This document shows positions 9,920 to 19,383 of a stretch of DNA of 64,000 nucleotides, in pieces (the stretch's first letter is position 1; the number at the start of each line of letters is the position of its first letter). A program made the translations under genes and the position numbers. This stretch comes from Candidatus Binatia bacterium. GTDB taxonomy: Bacteria > Desulfobacterota > Binatia > HRBIN30. Location of the stretch: assembly GCA_038245295.1 (NCBI GenBank), contig JBBRSP010000008.1, positions 177,985 through 241,984 of the forward strand. The letters are read 5' to 3'. A model generated the notes under the pieces. The model was not told the DNA's origin. It saw nothing but the letters and a program-made list of their open reading frames with translations, and did not search any database.

Positions 9920-10019
9920 TTGCCCGGAGCGCGGCACTCCGTGCCGCCCCTGGGGTGCACGCCGTCTTGCTTGCATCGTTTCCGGAGTAGGGCGCCGCGG
10001 AGCGGCGCGCTCCGGGCAA
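9920..10019. repeat. REP doublet / REPIN-like inverted repeat between convergent genes
   Basis: About 30-bp arms, TTGCCCGGAGCGCGGCACTCCGTGCCGCCC and its near-complement. Each arm holds its own 7-bp hairpin with a TCC/GGA loop. Confidence 0.7.
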
Positions 10020-10035
10020 CCTCGACCCAGCACCT

Positions 10036-10851
10036 TCAGTGCAGCGGCGTTGCGAGATTCTCGCGTAGTAGGACGTAGAAGCGTGGCGAGAACAGCATCA
10101 TGTTGTGACCAATGCCGCTGACCTGGATGTTGAACGCCTCGGGGTAGCGGGCATTGGTCCACGGCAAGATCATCGCGTCGAATGTCGAGTACAGGGCAAT
10201 CACGTCGTATTGGAACGGCACGCGATCGAGCGCGTTGAGCTGATTGATCAGCGCTGAGCCGGGCGCCAGGCGTTTCTGCCACGGGCTGCGCGGTGCGGCC
10301 AGCAAGGTGCCGTAGTGTGGTGTCCCGAGGGTGACCAAACGTCGCACCGACGGGATGCGATGGCGGCGCGCCAAGTAGCGAATTACCAGACCGCCGAGGC
10401 TGTGACCGATCAGTGTCAGCGGTGCGGCTTGCGGTCCAAGTCCATCGAGGAAGGCCTTTAGCTGCTCAGCGGCCGTCTCGACGTCAGCGCTCAGCGACGG
10501 ATATTCGAACGCATAAATCGGCCCGAAGCCGTCGCGCGCCAGCCGGCGTCGCATCCACCACCAGCACCCGCGATTGAGGCTCCAACCGTGAACGAGGACC
10601 AAAGGGCCTCTGGGGCGTGTCTGCATATCGCGGGGCGATAGGAACCAGCCGGCCGGGACGAGCGCCACGACCGCGATGGCGGCGAACACCTCAGCCACAA
10701 ACGCGGCACCGGCAGCGAACAAGCCCAAGGGCGGCTCCTCGTCGCAGGCGGCGAGCTGGCGCCATGTCCAGGCGCGCGCCACGTAAGTCGCGATCGTGAA
10801 GAGGGTTACGATCACGGCGACGAGGATGAGTGCGTTGACAACGAGGTGCAT
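10036..10851 (-). CDS. Membrane-anchored alpha/beta hydrolase (lipase/esterase)
   Basis: LVHGW oxyanion motif, GHSLGG nucleophile elbow, TLGTPHYGT, catalytic D and GH, N-terminal TM helices. Confidence 0.88.
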   Translation of the reverse strand: MHLVVNALILVAVIVTLFTIATYVARAWTWRQLAACDEEPPLGLFAAGAAFVAEVFAAIAVVALVPAGWFLSPRDMQTRPRGPLVLVHGWSLNRGCWWWMRRRLARDGFGPIYAFEYPSLSADVETAAEQLKAFLDGLGPQAAPLTLIGHSLGGLVIRYLARRHRIPSVRRLVTLGTPHYGTLLAAPRSPWQKRLAPGSALINQLNALDRVPFQYDVIALYSTFDAMILPWTNARYPEAFNIQVSGIGHNMMLFSPRFYVLLRENLATPLH

Positions 10852-10936
10852 GGTTCGACGAGTAGCGCAGGTGATGTTCGGCAGACAACCGCCCGCCCGT
10901 GTCGCCCCATCGCCGAGCGCCTGCTATGTTTTACGG

Positions 10937-13549
10937 ATGGAAGTTTCCGCAGTCCGCCACCAGCCGAGCGATCTGCTGAGCGAGCCCGGTGCCCTGAACC
11001 GGTTGGGTTTCCTGCCGAACTGGATCTGCCAGCGCTTCTTGTCACAGGTGCGTATCGACCCCGGCGCGATAGAACACATTCGCGGCTTGGCGCAGCGTGG
11101 CAGCATCGTCTACGTGATGCGCTATCGCTCGCTGGTCGACTACATGTTGATCGCCTTCACGTTGTTGCGCGAAGGGTTGCCGCTGCCGGCGTTTGTTTCA
11201 GACATTCCGAGTCTCCTCTTGCACCCGGTGAGCGAAATTCTCTCGACCTTGTGGCACCGCCTGCGCTCGGCGCGGGCGCTCGGCGGTACCCTGCGGCACC
11301 AGGATGATCGTGATCGCTGTCAGCGCTTGGTCCGTGGTGGACGACCGATCCTGGTGTTCATGCGCAGCCGAGCCCCGCGGCTGCGTTTCTTCGGCAGTCG
11401 GCGTGTCGCGTTGCAGCGTGTGCGCAGCGGCACCGACTACATGCGCGAGATCGTCCATGCGCGCGGTGGCGGTGACCATGAAGTGTTTCTGGTTCCGTTG
11501 GCGGTGTTGCGCGGCCGTGGGTACCAGCGCAAGGAATCGCGCCTGGCCACCTTCGTCTACAGCGTCCAGGAGGCGCCGGGCGAGATGAAGCGGTTGTTAT
11601 CGATGCTTTGGAATGCCCGCGACACCAGCATCACCGTCGGCAAACACGTCGAGCTCGGTGAGTTCATCGAGCAGCATCGCGACGAGGGAGAAGAGCGTAT
11701 CGTCCGCCGCTTGTCACGCGCCCTGCAGGTGTTCCTCTATCGCGAAGAGAAGGTCGTTTGGGGGCCGACCCTGCTGCCGAAGCAACGCGTGCGACAGATG
11801 GTGTTGCAGACCGACGAGCTGTCGGCGCTGGTGCGCCAGTTGTCGCGCGAGAGCGGCGAGCCCGAATCGAAACTGTGGAAGACGGCCGAGCGCTACTTCG
11901 ACGAAATGGCCGCCAACTATCAGGGCAGCTATTTTGCGATCCTCGAGTTCCTGTTCAGTCGTGTCTGGCCACGCGTCTTCCAGGGGTTCGACTATCGCGG
12001 GCTCGACAAAGTAATCGAGCGGATCAAAGACGATCCGGTCGTTCTGGTGCCGTGTCACCGATCGCACTTCGACTACCTCATCCTGTCGTACCTGTTTCAC
12101 GTCAATTACCTGAGCCCGCCGCACATCGCGGCCGGGGTCAACCTGTCGTTCTGGCCGCTTGGTCCGCTGTTCCGCGGCGCCGGTGCCTACTTCATCCGTC
12201 GAACCTTCGAAGGCAATCCGCTCTACAAGACGGTGTTCCGCAACTACCTGACGTTCCTGATTCGCGAGGGCTACACGCAGGAGTTCTTCATCGAAGGCGG
12301 CCGCAGCCGCACCGGCAAGATCCTTACCCCGAAGCTCGGCATGCTCTCGGCGATCGTGAATTCCTTCGTGGATGGTGTGCGACGCGACCTGTACTTCGTG
12401 CCGGTGTCGATCCAGTACGGCCGAGTCGCCGAGGAAGAGTCGTACAAACGGGAGCTGATCGGCGCGGAGAAAGAGAAGGAATCGTTGTGGGCGTTGTTGA
12501 AGGCGCGGTCGGTGCTGCGACAGCAGCGCGGTACTGTCTACGTGACCTTCGCCGATCCGATTTCACTGGGCGAAGCCCTGGGGCAAAACAAGGACCGCTT
12601 TCGCGAACCCGGCGGCGATCGTAACGTCGAGCAGGAGAAGCGGCGTTTCATCCAGAAACTCGGCTTCCGCATTTTGCGAGACGTCAATTCCGCCAGTTTG
12701 GCTGGGGCGACGTCGGTGACATCCACCGTGCTTCTGTCGTCGCCCCACGCGGCATGGCGGTACGCCGACTTCCTGGCGGCGGCACAGTCACTGGTGGAGT
12801 ATCTGAAGAGCTCGGCGGTGACGCTGACACCATCCCTGGAGCGCAATGCCGACGACTTCCTCGAGAACCTGAACTTCCTCGAGAAAGGCGGCCTCGTGCA
12901 GCGCGTATCCGGCGCCGAGGCGATGATCCATCTGCCTTCCGAAAAGCGCATGACGCTGGATTTCTACAAGAACAACACGATTCACTTCTACCTCTTTCCG
13001 GCCTTGGTGATTCGAGCGCTGCGCCAAGGTGTGCCGGTCGCCGACGTCAACGCCGACGTCGGCTGGTGGCTCGAGCTGCTGCGCTGGGAGTTCGCCCTGC
13101 CGGAGCGCAGCGCCTTTCCCGCCGAGGTCGACAAGGTCTTGGCGTACTTGCGCGACCATGGGGCACTGGACGATTCGGTGATCGACACGACGCAGCCCTT
13201 CGTCCGGACGCTAGGAGGGCTGCTCGACAATTTTGCCGAGGCCTACTGGGTGATGGCGCGCGCGGCGGTGAGCTTGCCGGAGGCAGGCATGACCGTGAAG
13301 CAGTTCACCGAGTCGGTGCGCAAACGATTTGCCGCGAGCCTGTTGTTGGGCGAGGTCAAGCGTCCCGAGGGCAACTCCACCGTAACCTATGAAAACGCTC
13401 TCAATCGATATGCGGAGGTCGGTTGGCTGCAGTTGGAAGGGAAGGGGCGCAGCCGTGACCGCCAGGTTCGGCGCGGCCCGCGCTGGAGCGAGTTGGCCGA
13501 CGTGGAGCGTCGTCTGTTCACGGCGCTGCAAGCTAGCGCGCGAAATTAG
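10937..13549 (+). CDS. plsB: Glycerol-3-phosphate O-acyltransferase
   Basis: HRSHFD (HxxxxD), GAYFIRR, FFIEGGRSRTG, VPVSIQY and FYKN motifs. Confidence 0.88.
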   Translation: MEVSAVRHQPSDLLSEPGALNRLGFLPNWICQRFLSQVRIDPGAIEHIRGLAQRGSIVYVMRYRSLVDYMLIAFTLLREGLPLPAFVSDIPSLLLHPVSEILSTLWHRLRSARALGGTLRHQDDRDRCQRLVRGGRPILVFMRSRAPRLRFFGSRRVALQRVRSGTDYMREIVHARGGGDHEVFLVPLAVLRGRGYQRKESRLATFVYSVQEAPGEMKRLLSMLWNARDTSITVGKHVELGEFIEQHRDEGEERIVRRLSRALQVFLYREEKVVWGPTLLPKQRVRQMVLQTDELSALVRQLSRESGEPESKLWKTAERYFDEMAANYQGSYFAILEFLFSRVWPRVFQGFDYRGLDKVIERIKDDPVVLVPCHRSHFDYLILSYLFHVNYLSPPHIAAGVNLSFWPLGPLFRGAGAYFIRRTFEGNPLYKTVFRNYLTFLIREGYTQEFFIEGGRSRTGKILTPKLGMLSAIVNSFVDGVRRDLYFVPVSIQYGRVAEEESYKRELIGAEKEKESLWALLKARSVLRQQRGTVYVTFADPISLGEALGQNKDRFREPGGDRNVEQEKRRFIQKLGFRILRDVNSASLAGATSVTSTVLLSSPHAAWRYADFLAAAQSLVEYLKSSAVTLTPSLERNADDFLENLNFLEKGGLVQRVSGAEAMIHLPSEKRMTLDFYKNNTIHFYLFPALVIRALRQGVPVADVNADVGWWLELLRWEFALPERSAFPAEVDKVLAYLRDHGALDDSVIDTTQPFVRTLGGLLDNFAEAYWVMARAAVSLPEAGMTVKQFTESVRKRFAASLLLGEVKRPEGNSTVTYENALNRYAEVGWLQLEGKGRSRDRQVRRGPRWSELADVERRLFTALQASARN

Positions 13550-13711
13550 GGTGGCTGTTGAAAGTATTAGGAGAATCTCGGTGCGCGCGGCGCAGAGGGC
13601 TGTTGACGAGCGAGCGCATGGCGTGAGAGAAACCGGCCCGTCAGAGTTACAGTTGAAGCATGCCGGGGCAGCGGTGGCGCGACCGGTTGAACGGCAGGCG
13701 AGGCGTGAAGC

Positions 13712-14047
13712 ATGGCGCTAGACGAGCTTGGGCTCGAGCAGCGGGTGGAACAGACAACCCGTGATCTCGTGCAAGCCATCAATGATGGCGATCCGGAGAT
13801 GCGTCTGACGCTACGTGAACTGGCGGTTGGGATCCTGCGCGACGAAGTGTTCGTTCCGGACCGTTCGACCGCGCCTGCCGGAGTGGGCGGCCAGGGTACG
13901 TTCAATGCGTTCGGGGTTGGTATTCCGCTGGTGTTGATGGGCTCGGTTCTGATCTTCCTGTTCCCGTTGCTTGGGCTCGTGATGTTTGCGGGTGCGGCCT
14001 TGATGATTGCTTGGGGTGTGGCGGCGACATTGTGGGCGCGCTCTTGA
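13712..14047 (+). CDS. Small two-TM hypothetical membrane protein at head of the Rieske/cyt b operon
   Basis: 111 aa with a C-terminal hydrophobic hairpin, 20 bp upstream of the Rieske gene. Confidence 0.7.
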   Translation: MALDELGLEQRVEQTTRDLVQAINDGDPEMRLTLRELAVGILRDEVFVPDRSTAPAGVGGQGTFNAFGVGIPLVLMGSVLIFLFPLLGLVMFAGAALMIAWGVAATLWARS

Positions 14048-14067
14048 GGTTGTAAGGACAAGGGACG

Positions 14068-14661
14068 ATGGCCAAAGCAGAAAAAGAGCAGTCTCCCGAA
14101 GAACTCGCCGAGCTTCAGGCTCGGCGTCGTGTCGAGCAAGCGTTGGAACGCGCCAAGCGCGACAAAGAACGCACGCAGCTTGGCGGCTTATGGTCGCGCC
14201 GCGATTTCCTGGGCCGCCTCAGCTGGGGCGGTTTTGGAGTTGTCACCGCGATTGGCCTGCTGGGATTCCTTCGATCTGCCTTTCCGCGGGTCTTGTTTAC
14301 GCCCCCCTCGAGCTTCAAGGCGGGCCTTCCCAGCGACTATCCGGTCGGCGAAGTCAGCGAGAAGTACAAAAAAGAGTTTCGTGTTTGGATTGTCCGCGAC
14401 ACCGAGGGATTCTTTGCGATCTACGCCAAGTGCACCCACCTGGGTTGCACACCGCGATGGCTGGCCTCGGACAGTAAGTTCAAGTGCCCGTGTCACGGTA
14501 GCGGCTACTACAAGACGGGTGTGAATTTCGAAGGCCCGGCGCCACGTCCGATGGACCGTGTGCGGATTGTGCTGGCCGATGATGGGCAGATCGTCGTCGA
14601 TACGAGTGTGAAGTACGTCTACGGCACGTGGGACAAGCCCGGTGCGTTTTTGAAGATCTGA
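14068..14661 (+). CDS. qcrA: Rieske [2Fe-2S] subunit of Rieske/cytochrome b complex
   Basis: Tat motif SRRDFL plus TM helix, CTHLGC and CPCHGSGY boxes, GPAPRPM. Confidence 0.95.
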   Translation: MAKAEKEQSPEELAELQARRRVEQALERAKRDKERTQLGGLWSRRDFLGRLSWGGFGVVTAIGLLGFLRSAFPRVLFTPPSSFKAGLPSDYPVGEVSEKYKKEFRVWIVRDTEGFFAIYAKCTHLGCTPRWLASDSKFKCPCHGSGYYKTGVNFEGPAPRPMDRVRIVLADDGQIVVDTSVKYVYGTWDKPGAFLKI

Positions 14662-14685
14662 GCAAGTAGGGGTGGGGACAGCAGT

Positions 14686-15456
14686 ATGTCGATGATTGAC
14701 GAGATCAAGCGTCAGGTCATGGAATCCCAGGTCTGGCAGTCCATCTTCCGACACGGTTACGAGGATACGCCCCGTAATCGTGTCCTGATGGTGTCAGGCA
14801 ACGTGTGGATGCACTTGCATCCATCGAAGGTGCGCAAACACGCGACCAAACTGCGCTTTACCTGGTGCATGGGTGGGATTACCTTTCTGATGTTCCTGGT
14901 GACCGTGGTGACCGGCGTCTACCTCATGTTCTACTACCGGCCGACCGCCGAATACGCCTACGCCGACATGAAGTATCTCGAGTTCGACATGCCGTTCGGG
15001 ATGCTGATGCGCAACATGCATCGTTGGGCGGCGCACGGCATGGTGATCGCGGTTTGGCTGCATATGTTCCGCGTCTTCCTCACCGGCTCGTACAAACCAC
15101 CACGCGAGTTCAACTGGGTGATTGGTGTGATCCTTCTCGTGTTGACCTTGTTGCTGAGTTTCACCGGCTATCTCTTGCCGTGGGATCAGTTGGCGATCTG
15201 GGCCGTGACCGTCGGTTCGAACATGGGTCGCGCCACGCCACTGCTGGGTCACGAAGGCCCGTTCCACGATCTCATCGGCGCCAACCCGATTTACGACGCG
15301 CGCGCCTTTTTGTTCGGCGGCGGCGAGATCGGGCCGCACACGTTGATGCGGTTCTACATTCTACACTGCATCTTCATTCCCTTGGTGGCGAGCTTGTTCA
15401 TGGCGGTGCACTTCTGGCGCATTCGTCGGGACGGGTTCTCTGGGCCTCCAGTGTGA
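14686..15456 (+). CDS. qcrB: Cytochrome b6-like N-terminal cytochrome b subunit
   Basis: HRWAAH...H and H-x14-H heme ligands, GYLLPWDQ, and WCMGG heme-ci-type Cys. Confidence 0.95.
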   Translation: MSMIDEIKRQVMESQVWQSIFRHGYEDTPRNRVLMVSGNVWMHLHPSKVRKHATKLRFTWCMGGITFLMFLVTVVTGVYLMFYYRPTAEYAYADMKYLEFDMPFGMLMRNMHRWAAHGMVIAVWLHMFRVFLTGSYKPPREFNWVIGVILLVLTLLLSFTGYLLPWDQLAIWAVTVGSNMGRATPLLGHEGPFHDLIGANPIYDARAFLFGGGEIGPHTLMRFYILHCIFIPLVASLFMAVHFWRIRRDGFSGPPV

Positions 15457-15472
15457 TGCAGGGGAGGTTGTT

Positions 15473-15631
15473 GTGAGCTTCGAACTCAAAGCGGCGGCGG
15501 GTACTTTCGTGTTGCTCATCGTTGCCGGGGCCTCCGGCACAAGCGGGCGCGTGCTGGTGCTGCCGCTGATGTTCACGCTGATCATGATCTTGCTCTACTG
15601 GGCGGCGGCGCCCAAGGACAAGAAGGAGTAG
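15473..15631 (+). CDS. 52-aa membrane microprotein (not in ORF track)
   Basis: GGGGAGG RBS, GTG start, MSFELKAAAGTFVLLIVAGASGTSGRVLVLPLMFTLIMILLYWAAAPKDKKE*. Fills the gap between the cyt b halves and stops 3 bp before the next ATG. Confidence 0.7.
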   Translation: MSFELKAAAGTFVLLIVAGASGTSGRVLVLPLMFTLIMILLYWAAAPKDKKE

Positions 15632-15634
15632 GCG

Positions 15635-16465
15635 ATGGCCGAGGCAGTACCAGCCAAAGCGGCATCCAAGGCGGTGGGCGACCCGGGCGCGCGACGGCTT
15701 GAGGTCTCCATTAAGAAGGCCACCGGGCCGGGCGACGACAAGGTCCATACGTGGCCGCATCTGGTGCGTGCCGAATTCCTCTGTACTCTGTTCATCATGG
15801 TCCTGCTTCTCGTGTGGTCGCTGCTGGTCGATGCGCCGCTCGAGGAGCCGGCTAATCCGGCCAAGACACCGAATCCGTCGAAGGCGCCATGGTACTTCCT
15901 GGGTTTGCAGGAAATGCTGGTGTTCTTCGATCCGTGGCACGCCGGCGTCGTGCTACCGTCTTTGATCATCATGGGGCTCATGGTGATTCCGTACATCGAC
16001 ATCAATCCGAAGGGGAACGGCTACTACACGTTCCAGGAGCGTAAGCTCGAGCTCATGACCTTCTACTTCGGCTTCCACATTCTGTGGGTTTCGCTGATCG
16101 TCATCGGCACGCTGCTGCGCGGTCCCGGTTGGAATTGGTTCTGGCCGTGGGAGCTCTGGGACATGCACAAGGTCGAGGCGATGACCAACGTCGACCTGCC
16201 GTACAAGCTCGGCATCCGCAATCCGAATCTATCGATGGCCTTCGGCTTTGTCGCGCTCGGCGGGTACTTCGTCGTCGGCACCCTGGTGATGTACTGGTGG
16301 ATCCGTGCGGTCAAAGGCGCTGAGTTCATGCAGCGCTGGGGAATGGCGCGTTTCGGGACGACATCATTCTTGTTTCTCAATATGTTGTCTGTGTTGATCA
16401 AGATGGTGATGCGCCATGCCGGAAACATCAAGTACATCCTGGCGACGCCTTGGATCAACTTCTGA
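15635..16465 (+). CDS. Cytochrome b C-terminal subunit (subunit IV-like)
   Basis: APLEEPANPAKTPNPSKAPWYFLGLQEML (PEWY-equivalent region), IPYID, extra C-terminal TM helices. Confidence 0.9.
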   Translation: MAEAVPAKAASKAVGDPGARRLEVSIKKATGPGDDKVHTWPHLVRAEFLCTLFIMVLLLVWSLLVDAPLEEPANPAKTPNPSKAPWYFLGLQEMLVFFDPWHAGVVLPSLIIMGLMVIPYIDINPKGNGYYTFQERKLELMTFYFGFHILWVSLIVIGTLLRGPGWNWFWPWELWDMHKVEAMTNVDLPYKLGIRNPNLSMAFGFVALGGYFVVGTLVMYWWIRAVKGAEFMQRWGMARFGTTSFLFLNMLSVLIKMVMRHAGNIKYILATPWINF

Positions 16466-16496
16466 GCGTGATATCACATTCACTGAGGTCGCAAGC

Positions 16497-16670
16497 TTGG
16501 CGGTTACGGTCGCGAAAGTTTTGGAAGCACTAGGCCTGGGGTTCACGAGCTACGCGTTGTTCGTTGGCTTCTCGCAGGATCACAGCATGGGGCCCGAGTT
16601 GAGTTGGATGATGGGTGGAGCGGTGGTCTTTCTGCTCGGCTACGTCATCGAGAGCAAGGCTTCGGCATAG
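16497..16670 (+). CDS. 57-aa two-TM membrane microprotein
   Basis: TGAGGT RBS then TTG start; MAVTVAKVLEALGLGFTSYALFVGF...MMGGAVVFLLGYVIESKASA*. Ends 10 bp before the cytochrome gene. Confidence 0.65.
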   Translation: MAVTVAKVLEALGLGFTSYALFVGFSQDHSMGPELSWMMGGAVVFLLGYVIESKASA

Positions 16671-16680
16671 GGGTGAGATA

Positions 16681-19353
16681 GTGGCACGACGGGACGTAGA
16701 CGATGAGAAGCGTTCCTACAGCGCTGTTTTTCTAGTCGCTGTTGGCTTCCTATTGGCGGGAGCGATTTGGTCGGTTTGGGACGACAACATCTCACGCCGG
16801 CCGTGGAAGCTACATCAAGCCGTCTTTTCCCAGAAGGAACAAGACCGCATCCGCGACCAGATCACCAAGGAACAAGAGCGTCTGAACGCCGATCCGACGT
16901 ACGTGCAGGTCACCAAGGATCTTGCCGCGGCGAACGAGCGACTGGCTACCGGCGCCACTTCCAGTCACATCGCTGAGCTACAAACGTCTCTCACCGCCGT
17001 CACGGTGCGCTACACCGAGGCCGACCTCTACATGCGCATCAAGAAGAGCGAACTCGAGGAAGCCTGGTACTGGTACGAGACTGCCGAGACGGAACACAAG
17101 CCGACGGCGCCGCTCAAGGCGCACATCGATAAACTTGAAGGAGAGAAGACCGAGCTGCAAAAGCGGCTAACGGAAGCGAAGGGCGAGGTCGACAAGATCA
17201 CGTCGGAACTGACCGAGATTCGTTCGGAGGTGAAGACCCTCGACGACAAGATCAAGGCTTTCGAGGGCGACAAGGAACGTCTGCAGGCAAAACTCGATGC
17301 CTCGATGATCAAGGTTGCCGGCTTCGAGCTGCCGACGATCCCGAAGATTCGCCAGGTGCTGCTCGCCGACTTCGAGCGCAACAACTTCGATCAGTCCATC
17401 GAGCGTGTGGATCGGTGCGTGTCGTGTCACAGCGGTATCGACAAGCCGGGCTTCGAAAACGCCGAGCAGCCGTACCGCACGCATCCCAATCGTGACGTGA
17501 TCCTGGCGAAACATCCAACCGACAAATTCGGCTGTACGCCGTGCCATCAGGGCCAGGGGCCCGCCCTCAATAGTGCCGAGCAAGCCCACGGCGAAGTACA
17601 TCACTTTAATGCGCCGTTGCTGCGCGGCGACAAGGTCTACGCGTCCTGCGTCAAGTGTCACGCCAACGTCTCGCGTGTGCCCGGCGCCGACACGATCGCC
17701 TACGGCGAGAAACTGTTCGAGGAGCTCGGCTGTCACGGTTGTCATCTTGTCGAAGGTTACGACGACATCGCGAAAGTGGCGCCCAACTTGAAGCGTATTG
17801 GTGCCAAGGTGGATCCGGCCTGGCTGGTGCGCTGGATTACCAATCCTCACGAGTTCCGTCCAAAAACCAAGATGCCGAACTTCCTCTTCAAACAAGACGA
17901 AGCGGTGGCGGTCGCGGCGTATTTGCTGAGCTCGACGAAGAAGGATAGCGACGACTGGCTGGCGACGCGCCCGATGCCCAAGGGCATCGACGCAAACGAC
18001 GCGGCGCTGGTGCAGAAGGGCAAGGATCTGATCGACAACCTTGGATGCCGTGGTTGTCACGGGATCGATCCCGGCGAATCGCCGGCGTTGCTCGGCGAAG
18101 GCAAAGACGTCGTTCCGAATCTACAGAACATTGCCGAGAAGACGGACGCGCGCTGGATCTACTACTGGATCAAGGGCCCGCGCGATTACTCGCCGAACGC
18201 GCGGATGCCCAGTCTGCGGCTGAGCGACGACGAGGCAAAGGCTATTACTTCGTTCCTGACGACTCTAGGTAACAAGAAGCCGATGGCCGAGGTGGTCGCG
18301 CAACTCGACGATCCCGAGATGGTCAAACGCGGCGAAAAGCTGGTCCGCAAGTATGGCTGCTTTGGCTGTCACGAAGTGACGGGCATGGAGGCGGAATCGC
18401 GTGTCGGTGTCGAGCTGACGCAGTTCGGATCGAAGACGCGTGAGGAGCTTTTCTTCGGTAACCGGACGGACATCCCGCAGACGTGGGATGACTGGACCTT
18501 CAACAAGATCAAGACGCCGCGCACCTATGCGACCGAGCGTATCGAGCAGGCGATGCCGCTGTTCGATTTGCCCGACAACGACATCAAGATGCTGCGCATC
18601 TTCTTGGCCAGTCGCGTTGAACAGAAGTACCCGCCCAAATATCGGTCCGGCTCGAAGAACCCAATTCAGGGACAGCGCGAGGTGACCGGTCGCCGCCTGG
18701 TCAACCGCTACAACTGTGTCGGTTGCCATATCATCGACGGCAAGGGCGGTGTCATTCGAGCCCGCTACAAGCAAGAGGAACTGAGCCTTGCCCCGCCAAT
18801 CCTCACCGGCGAGGGCAAGAAGGTCCAGACCGATTGGCTCTACAATTTCCTCAAGCAGCCCGTGCCGATCCGGCCGTGGCTCAAGGTTCGTATGCCGACC
18901 TTCGGGTTTTCCGACAAGGAAGCCCAGGGTATTGTCGAGTACTTCTCGGCGATGGATAATCTCGACAACCCCTATATCCACATCGACGATGCGAAGATTT
19001 CCGCCGAGCACATCGAGGCGGGCAAACTGCTGACGTCGGGTGATTACTTTGGCTGCTTCTCCTGCCATCAACAGGGCGAGAAGAAGCCGGAAGGTCCTCC
19101 GGAAGGTTGGGCTCCTGACCTGGTGTTGGCGCGTGAGCGTCTCAAGCCCGATTGGATCATCGACTGGCTGCATGATCCGCAGAAGCTGATGCCTGGAACC
19201 CGTATGCCGTCATTCTATCCCGGCGGCCCGGATGACGTGCTAGGCGGTAATGAGGATCAACAGATCGAGGCGTTACGCGACTATGTGATCACCATGGGTC
19301 GACCGAAAACGACACAGGTGGCACAAACACAGAGCAACGATTCAGCGCACTAA
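16681..19353 (+). CDS. Membrane-anchored octaheme cytochrome c with coiled-coil stalk
   Basis: Eight CxxCH motifs (CVSCH, CTPCH, CVKCH, CHGCH, CRGCH, CFGCH, CVGCH, CFSCH), N-terminal TM and a long E/K/L heptad region. GTG start at 16681. Confidence 0.92.
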   Translation: MARRDVDDEKRSYSAVFLVAVGFLLAGAIWSVWDDNISRRPWKLHQAVFSQKEQDRIRDQITKEQERLNADPTYVQVTKDLAAANERLATGATSSHIAELQTSLTAVTVRYTEADLYMRIKKSELEEAWYWYETAETEHKPTAPLKAHIDKLEGEKTELQKRLTEAKGEVDKITSELTEIRSEVKTLDDKIKAFEGDKERLQAKLDASMIKVAGFELPTIPKIRQVLLADFERNNFDQSIERVDRCVSCHSGIDKPGFENAEQPYRTHPNRDVILAKHPTDKFGCTPCHQGQGPALNSAEQAHGEVHHFNAPLLRGDKVYASCVKCHANVSRVPGADTIAYGEKLFEELGCHGCHLVEGYDDIAKVAPNLKRIGAKVDPAWLVRWITNPHEFRPKTKMPNFLFKQDEAVAVAAYLLSSTKKDSDDWLATRPMPKGIDANDAALVQKGKDLIDNLGCRGCHGIDPGESPALLGEGKDVVPNLQNIAEKTDARWIYYWIKGPRDYSPNARMPSLRLSDDEAKAITSFLTTLGNKKPMAEVVAQLDDPEMVKRGEKLVRKYGCFGCHEVTGMEAESRVGVELTQFGSKTREELFFGNRTDIPQTWDDWTFNKIKTPRTYATERIEQAMPLFDLPDNDIKMLRIFLASRVEQKYPPKYRSGSKNPIQGQREVTGRRLVNRYNCVGCHIIDGKGGVIRARYKQEELSLAPPILTGEGKKVQTDWLYNFLKQPVPIRPWLKVRMPTFGFSDKEAQGIVEYFSAMDNLDNPYIHIDDAKISAEHIEAGKLLTSGDYFGCFSCHQQGEKKPEGPPEGWAPDLVLARERLKPDWIIDWLHDPQKLMPGTRMPSFYPGGPDDVLGGNEDQQIEALRDYVITMGRPKTTQVAQTQSNDSAH

Positions 19354-19383
19354 CCGTTAGGCGAATACAGGAGGGATCCACGG

